Below are positions 57,932-64,000 of a stretch of DNA of 64,000 bases, piece after piece. Below the pieces are notes generated by a model that saw only the letters and a list, made by a program, of their open reading frames with translations, searched no databases and had not been told where the DNA came from. Origin of the DNA: Macrostomum lignano (lineage: Eukaryota). Within the stretch, counting starts at the first letter, position 1. Each line of letters begins with the position of its first letter. A program made the translations under genes and the position numbers. The stretch spans positions 434,001-498,000 of the forward strand of contig NIVC01000506.1 of NCBI GenBank assembly GCA_002269645.1. The letters are read 5' to 3'.

Positions 57932-59510
57932 GTTCGACCAATTAGTATTTGAAGGAGGATTTTTAGATGTTCAAAAAGGATTAACAAGCTTACCGAGTAT
58001 TTTTACTACTGGAAAGTATACAAATGAATTACACCTGCCGTCGTATAATTTCACAGGTTACCCAGTGGCCTGAGTGAGGAAGCCAATGTCCTTGCTAGTC
58101 ACTATTTGTGGCGACATCTTCAAATTGCGTGAAACCCGTCATACAGCTTCAAGTACCACTTCAATTGAGAAATCTTTTGAAGGAACAGAGGTAACTCCTC
58201 TTCCCAACGGTAACAAGCTTGAAGACAAGGTGGCAATGCGCAGCCAAGCTCCTAAGTATTTTAAATATAAGGAGAAGGTTCAGAGAGCAGACGGAGATGG
58301 GCGGTAATCATCGCCGCTTAAGGTGTGCTCCAGCCTCTTTCGAAAGATTGAGGGTAAACTGCCGGGGACTCGCTTAGATTTGAGATTAAATCCTGACAAT
58401 ACTCCAAAATCTGATTCAATTCCAATAAATGGTATTGACTGGTTAGCATATTATCATGACTTAGCATACAGAGATGCTGACAAGAACCCACCCGAGGAAG
58501 CATTAAGATTAAAACATGAAGCCGATCAAAAAATGATTCAAGGATTAGATAACTTACAAGAATTATCGGTAAGCCAAAGATTAACTCGGTGGATGGTTAA
58601 AAAAATCTTGCAATCTAAAGTTAAATTTGGTTTGGGAATTAATTACAACCAACATGGAAATAATTGTGTGGAATGTTTGTTATTAAGTGGCAGTGGGTTA
58701 AGTTCTGATGAGGCAAAGATTCTTCATAAAGAATATCGAAAACCTAAATTTTATAGAAAAATCATGAACTTCAAAAAAAATGAAATTTGGTATGCTGATT
58801 TAATGTCAATGCCAAACGATAATGGATATAAATATATCTTAACCATATTAGATGGTTTTACTCGATATGCGTGGGCTGTTCCTTTGAAATCTAAAAAAGG
58901 AGAGGAAGTTGCTGCTGCTTTTAGAAGTCTTGGAGAAAAAAGCGAACGGTTGTGTGTTGATGAGGGAAAAGAATTTTACAACCCTCATATGTATAAATTA
59001 TATCATTTTGAAAAAGGACAAGAAAGGAAAAAGGACGCGAATGGGGAGTATATTAATAAAATTTATTCTATTTATGGAGAAAGTAAAAACGCATTAATAG
59101 AAAGATTTAATCGAACTTTAGGTAAGAAATTGTGGTTTCAGTTTAGTCTTAATGGTAACCAAAAGTGGGTAAAAATATTACCAGACGTTGTGAAAGATTA
59201 TAACAATTCATATCATTCGGCAATAAAGATGGCTCCTCAACAAGCTTATATCAGTCCTGAAAACGTTAAAGTTACTTTTGGAAAATTTGAAAAAAATAAA
59301 ACTAAAGGTTTTAAGGTTGGTGATTCTGTTTATATCTATAAATGGAAAGATAAGTTTGAAAAGGGAAGAAAAGGATATTGGAAAATAAGTGAGATATTTA
59401 CTATCAGTAAAGTTTTAAATACCAATCCTACAACCTATATAATTGCTGATAAGGATGGTGAAGAAATATTGGGTTCTTTTTATGAGAATCAGATATTATC
59501 TGCAAACTAA
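57918..59510 (+). CDS. PLA2X-integrase fusion gene split by a group I intron. Exons 57918-58058 and 58362-59510; 429 aa after splicing
   Basis: The ligated exons read ELHLPSYNFTG|PGTRL...PINGIDWLAYYHDLAY...ADQKM (parvovirus-type PLA2: GPG Ca loop, HDxxY). This is followed by a retroviral-like integrase: WYADL, ILDGFTRYAWAVPLK, VDEGKEF, ALIERFNRTL, YNNSYHSAIKMAP. Confidence 0.92.
58059..58361 (+). ncRNA. Self-splicing group I intron, subgroup IC1, 303 nt, no internal ORF
   Basis: The 5' exon ends in U, paired U.G in P1 (CAGGU/GCCUG), and the intron ends in omega-G. P element AAAUUGCGUGAAA, Q AAUGCGCAGC, R GUUCAGAGAGCAG, S UUAAGGUGUGCUCC. P3 CAUCUUC/GGAGAUG; P7 G(A)GAGCA/UGCUCC; P9.0 AG/CU; P5abc with A-rich bulge and GAAA loop. 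Removal restores the frame and a conserved motif. Confidence 0.93.
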
Positions 59511-59520
59511 GTTCGAACAG

Positions 59521-59745
59521 TTACTTAAGACAACATGGTAGTAAATTTTTTATAACAAACAAAAACAATATTATTACTATTATTGTTACTAATATAATTA
59601 TTGACATTTGTTCAACTGTTATCAAACTTAAATTTTCATTAAGTTCATTAATCGGCACATTTCCGATGTAGGAATAGTTTACCTTCATTTTTTTATATAT
59701 ATTTTTCATAATAAATGTCGTTTCTGTTATAGAATAATAATTCAT
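59521..59745 (-). CDS. Small single-TM protein, 74 aa
   Basis: Hydrophobic IIILVTIIVIILFLFVI segment with C-terminal CC. Confidence 0.6.
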   Translation of the reverse strand: MNYYSITETTFIMKNIYKKMKVNYSYIGNVPINELNENLSLITVEQMSIIILVTIIVIILFLFVIKNLLPCCLK

Positions 59746-59748
59746 TTT

Positions 59749-60063
59749 TTACATAAAAATTTCAATTTCATTCTCAGAATCACTGGTTTCATATGAACTA
59801 TTTGTTGATTCGGAATCTGTTGATCTAACCTCCCAATCATCTGAATTTAAATAATCTCCAAGTTGAAATATTAACTCCCCCTCTTGTTCTAAATCATACA
59901 TCCCATCCAACTCTAATGGATAAAGTTTTAGGTCATGCTTGTCGTCATATTTTAAATAAACTTCATCAATTATTCCATTCAAAATATGTTGTTTTATTAT
60001 CTCTGCATTTTTAGCAACAGTCTCAAAAGTATCACTAACAGAAAAGGTGTAAACTCGGCTCAT
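59749..60063 (-). CDS. Acidic hypothetical protein, 104 aa; its ATG lies at the inner edge of the right TIR
   Basis: Clean ORF with CTAAAAATG context. Confidence 0.65.
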   Translation of the reverse strand: MSRVYTFSVSDTFETVAKNAEIIKQHILNGIIDEVYLKYDDKHDLKLYPLELDGMYDLEQEGELIFQLGDYLNSDDWEVRSTDSESTNSSYETSDSENEIEIFM

Positions 60064-60412
60064 TTTTAGTAACAGAAAAAGACCCTTCGCGCCTGCGGCG
60101 CGTGCGGGGGGTTATAGAGAATTGGAAGTGTTGGAGAAAGTTGGAAGGATTAGAAGAGTTTGGTAAGATACAAAATTGCCAGCAAACCAAAGCGAGCGAC
60201 GAGAGCGTGTTCTCACCATTCAAAGAGAATTAATCGTTGTAAGTGTGAAATGACTTGTTTGACCGAAATGAAGCGAGGATGAGCGAAGCGAGTTGAGCGA
60301 AGTGAAGACGAGCGATAATGAAGGGAAAACAAGTCATTTCACACTGATAAAGGGTTAAATTGTTTGAATGGTGAGATCGGTTTGCTGGCAATTTTGTATC
60401 GTAAATACTACT
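60062..60412 (-). repeat. Right terminal inverted repeat (351 bp)
   Basis: Reverse complement of 43342-43692. Confidence 0.95.
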
Positions 60413-61464
60413 ACGTAAATACTGCAACTCTCTTCTCTATATTAATTTCAACATCTTTGAAAACCGACAACGCTAATTTGTTGACTTACTGTAAGTCTAT
60501 GGTCGAGATTCTGCTACATTTTTATTCATAAATTTTGTTTCCATTGTCTGTGTTTAACAGATGTTAAAGCTAATATAAAGAAGAGAGTTGCCGCTATAAA
60601 ACTGTGCAAAATTATGCTATTAGAATCATCAGAACGAGAGATATAACCAAGAGTAACCCTACTTTTGGGACAGCCCTTTGAGGGACCTACTTGTATAAAT
60701 CACGAAGGCCGAAGGATATTCTTGCGAGCCGAGGACCATTGATTGCAGCCGAGGATATTCTAACCATAGACTATGATGAATTAAACGGCGTTTATCATAT
60801 AATAATCCATAGAAATAAAGACTTTCCGTGACAATATTTGCATTCTCCGGGATTTTATTTGGTAATATTCAATAAACTCGTAATATCCTAGTTTTTGTTA
60901 AAAATTACCACAGACAACACATTCTCGGCTCAGAATAGTACAATTTTCAACGATTAAATAAGCAATCGTATTTTATATACACTATATATACACAATATCT
61001 CCCCTACTTTGAACATTAAATAAAGGCTGTCACCACTTCAACTCTCTGTTCAAATTCAACGCATTATCCAGGTACAAATCTCCGGTGGGCCTTGGGTTCT
61101 GTTGTAGACCAATTCCTGGTCAAGAACCGATCTCTTGACGAAGGCTTGACCAGAGCTGGCTTGTCATCAGTCGTTTCTGGAGTCGAAGAGACATCGATTT
61201 TATAATCCTTGTCTGCAGGAGAATCTTATAGAAATTTTTTTGATACTCGGTTGGTTGTTTTTGTTTCAATCCCCTTTGTACTCGTCATTCCGAGCTTTGA
61301 TGTCGCTCTGTCGAGTCATGGCTCGTCCCTTAGGAGTTTCCTCCTAGACTTCCTGTCGAACTCTTAAAGAATAGCATTCCTGGAGACTCCTGTTGCTTGA
61401 ATTGAAGATGATCTGTAGCGGTACAGTAGCCGTCCAAGCTTTTACTTCAGGTGTTTTTACCCGA

Positions 61465-61800
61465 CTAAAAATCTGTAGGGTCTTTTTCAATGTTCCGTTG
61501 AAGCGTTCCACTTTTGTGTTACCATGAGGCCAATATAATTAGCTTTTTCTGTGCTTAGATTGAATTATCGCCATAAGCATGGAATACTTTCCTCACTTGG
61601 TTCGTAACGGCCGTCGCGTGGGCCTTTGGTTGCACATGGACTGCTGGATAACGAGAGTAATAATCCACGATAACCAGAAAAGGTTTCCCGGAGAGAAAAG
61701 GACCTTTCAGATCGGTGCTCGCTTCCGACAGTGCCCTTGAGAAACTTTCACATGACGAAACAAAGTCCTGCACATCATCGAACATACGGGGCTACCAAAT
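61465..61800 (-). pseudogene. Gypsy-type LTR retrotransposon integrase remnant
   Basis: DLKGPF..G..FLVIVDYYSRYP and, in another frame, PHGNTKVERFNGTLKK; stops and frameshifts present. Confidence 0.8.
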
Positions 61801-62120
61801 GCATCGTGAATATTGGTGATTCCCAGATGACTTTCATGCATTGCTTCCCAGACTGTTTAGACTGATATACTCGGGATTATGCATCGGTCAAGATACGGTA
61901 GGATTCCATTGGTGTCAGAAAGCGGAATTTGGCGTTTTAATACGTGTTGCTTTTGTCTCAGAGTCAGTGTCAAAGTACTCGTCTGCCTTTGCACTGGAAT
62001 CTTTGAACTTCTCTACCTTAATCGGTTGCCTACCTTAAATAGTCGGTTTTGTTTGCCTCTACTGGTTCGTTCGCTCGAACGAGAAATTTGGCTCAAATGT
62101 AAAACTAGGGAAATTTGTCT

Positions 62121-62746
62121 GCGGGCAATTCTCATGGACCCAATGATTCGGCAATTCTCATGGACCCAATGATTCGGCAATTCTCATGGACCCAATGATT
62201 CGGCAATTCTCATGGACCCAATGATTCGGCAATTCTCATGGACCCAATGATTCGGCAATTCTCATGGACCCAATGATTCGGCAATTCTCATGGACCCAAT
62301 GATTCGGCAATTCTCATGGACCCAATGATTCGGCAATTCTCATGGACCCAATGATTCGGCAATTCTCATGGACCCAATGATTCGGCAATTCTCATGGACC
62401 CAATGATTCGGCAATTCTCATGGACCCAATGATTCGGCAATTCTCATGGACCCAATGATTCGGCAATTCTCATGGACCCAATGATTCGGCAATTCTCATG
62501 GACCCAATGATTCGGCAATTCTCATGGACCCAATGATTCGGCAATTCTCATGGACCCAATGATTCGGCAATTCTCATGGACCCAATGATTCGGCAATTCT
62601 CATGGACCCAATGATTCGGCAATTCTCATGGACCCAATGATTCGGCAATTCTCATGGACCCAATGATTCGGCAATTCTCATGGACCCAATGATTCGGCAA
62701 TTCTCATGGACCCAATGATTCGGCAATTCTCATGGAACCAATGATT
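62121..62746. repeat. Highly homogeneous 26-bp tandem array (GATTCGGCAATTCTCATGGACCCAAT)n, about 24 copies
   Basis: Visible periodicity, essentially no variants and no spacers. Confidence 0.97.
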
Positions 62747-63286
62747 CGAGTACAATAGACTATGCGAACAAGACTGAACTAAACTATTTTTTATTTAGTA
62801 CTCAAGTCAAAAATCTCGCGCGCATAGCGGACTGATCTGGTTTGATGGCAAAATATTGTCCAGAGAGAGTGTGTGTGTTTAAGCTGCCGTTAAGTACTTT
62901 GAATGCAAATGAGGAGCTTCAAGAAAATGTAGGTGGCTTTAGAATTTTTATCAATGCCTCAGAAGGCCTGGCGTGACGTCATAGATGCAAGAAACGGAAC
63001 GGTGAGCCGTAAAACGAGAAGCCAAATAAATTTCGGGCAGGTAAAAATCTGGAAAAATTGAAAGTCCTGCCGAGATGAGCAGGTGCAGGAGCCGAGACGG
63101 TGAATTATTTTATCAAAGATGAGATGCCTCTGCTGCTTCGTATTCTGGCAAAGAATATCTGAAAATACAGACTTTGAGATCAATGGGCATCATTTAGCAG
63201 ACTGCTCGAAGCTTTTCAGATAAAAGATTAGCAACACCCATCCGTCATTGCGTTGCAGATAACACAGCATAACACGGACAGATTGA

Positions 63287-64000
<714 letters not shown>

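Larger units (their letters stand above)
43342..60412. mobile_element. Polinton/Maverick (adintovirus-like endogenous virus), 17,071 bp, apparently full length
   Basis: 351-bp TIRs starting with AGTAGT; pPolB, integrase, ATPase, protease, major and minor capsid; AT-rich with compact, intronless (non-spliceosomal) gene packing. Confidence 0.97.
43216..60715. mobile_element. Palindromic MITE-like element of about 420 bp (43216-43341 plus 60424-60715), split by the Polinton
   Basis: 43216-43341 plus 60424-60450 is an imperfect reverse complement of about 60560-60715 (CCTTCGGCCTTCGTGATTTATACAA...TTTT(A)TAGCGGCAACTCTCTTC). Confidence 0.8.

Noticed and set aside
58074-58307. 77-aa ORF as an intron-encoded endonuclease
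   Set aside because: It runs through the catalytic RNA core and has no LAGLIDADG, His-Cys box, HNH or GIY-YIG motif.
58054-58361. The 303-nt insert as a MITE (imperfect CAGGTTACCC/GGGTAAACTG ends) or a spliceosomal intron
   Set aside because: There is no TSD. Excision at those ends, or at the GT-AG pairs I tried, breaks the frame or creates a stop. Only U|...G| excision restores GPGT, and the group I core is complete.
62121-62746. 26-bp array as a CRISPR array
   Set aside because: The repeats are directly adjacent with no unique spacers, and the context is eukaryotic with no cas genes.
62940-63270. Possible further GPCR exon or TE ORF
   Set aside because: No TM3-7 motifs (DRY, NPxxY) or TE motifs were recognisable in any frame I read.

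Overview
Repeat-rich animal (metazoan) nuclear DNA. GC-rich exons sit in introns filled with mini- and microsatellites; this resembles a Macrostomum-type flatworm, which is an inference only. Host genes: an IAP-like BIR+RING gene (minus, 3453-6435), a 10-exon Rab11-FIP3/4 (nuf)-like gene (plus, 24457-35957) and the first exon of a corazonin/GnRH-type GPCR (41779-42099). Mobile DNA: a large foldback element (10257-20088) with head-to-head 74-bp arrays, carrying a non-autonomous LTR element (11355-16393), plus MITEs and LINE/Gypsy remnants. The dominant feature is a near-intact 17.1-kb Polinton/Maverick (adintovirus-like) element at 43342-60412. It has 351-bp TIRs and encodes pPolB, major and minor capsid, packaging ATPase, adenain-like protease, a fibre/lectin protein, an HNH-like nuclease and an integrase. 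Main discovery: a 303-nt self-splicing group I intron (subgroup IC1, 58059-58361) with a fully traceable core (P1, P2.1, P3-P9, P5abc, omega-G). It interrupts the Ca-binding loop (G|PG) of a PLA2-integrase fusion gene of the Polinton. It has no internal ORF but lies about 130 bp downstream of a free-standing HNH-like endonuclease gene. All structures were assigned by eye; no database or folding runs were possible.
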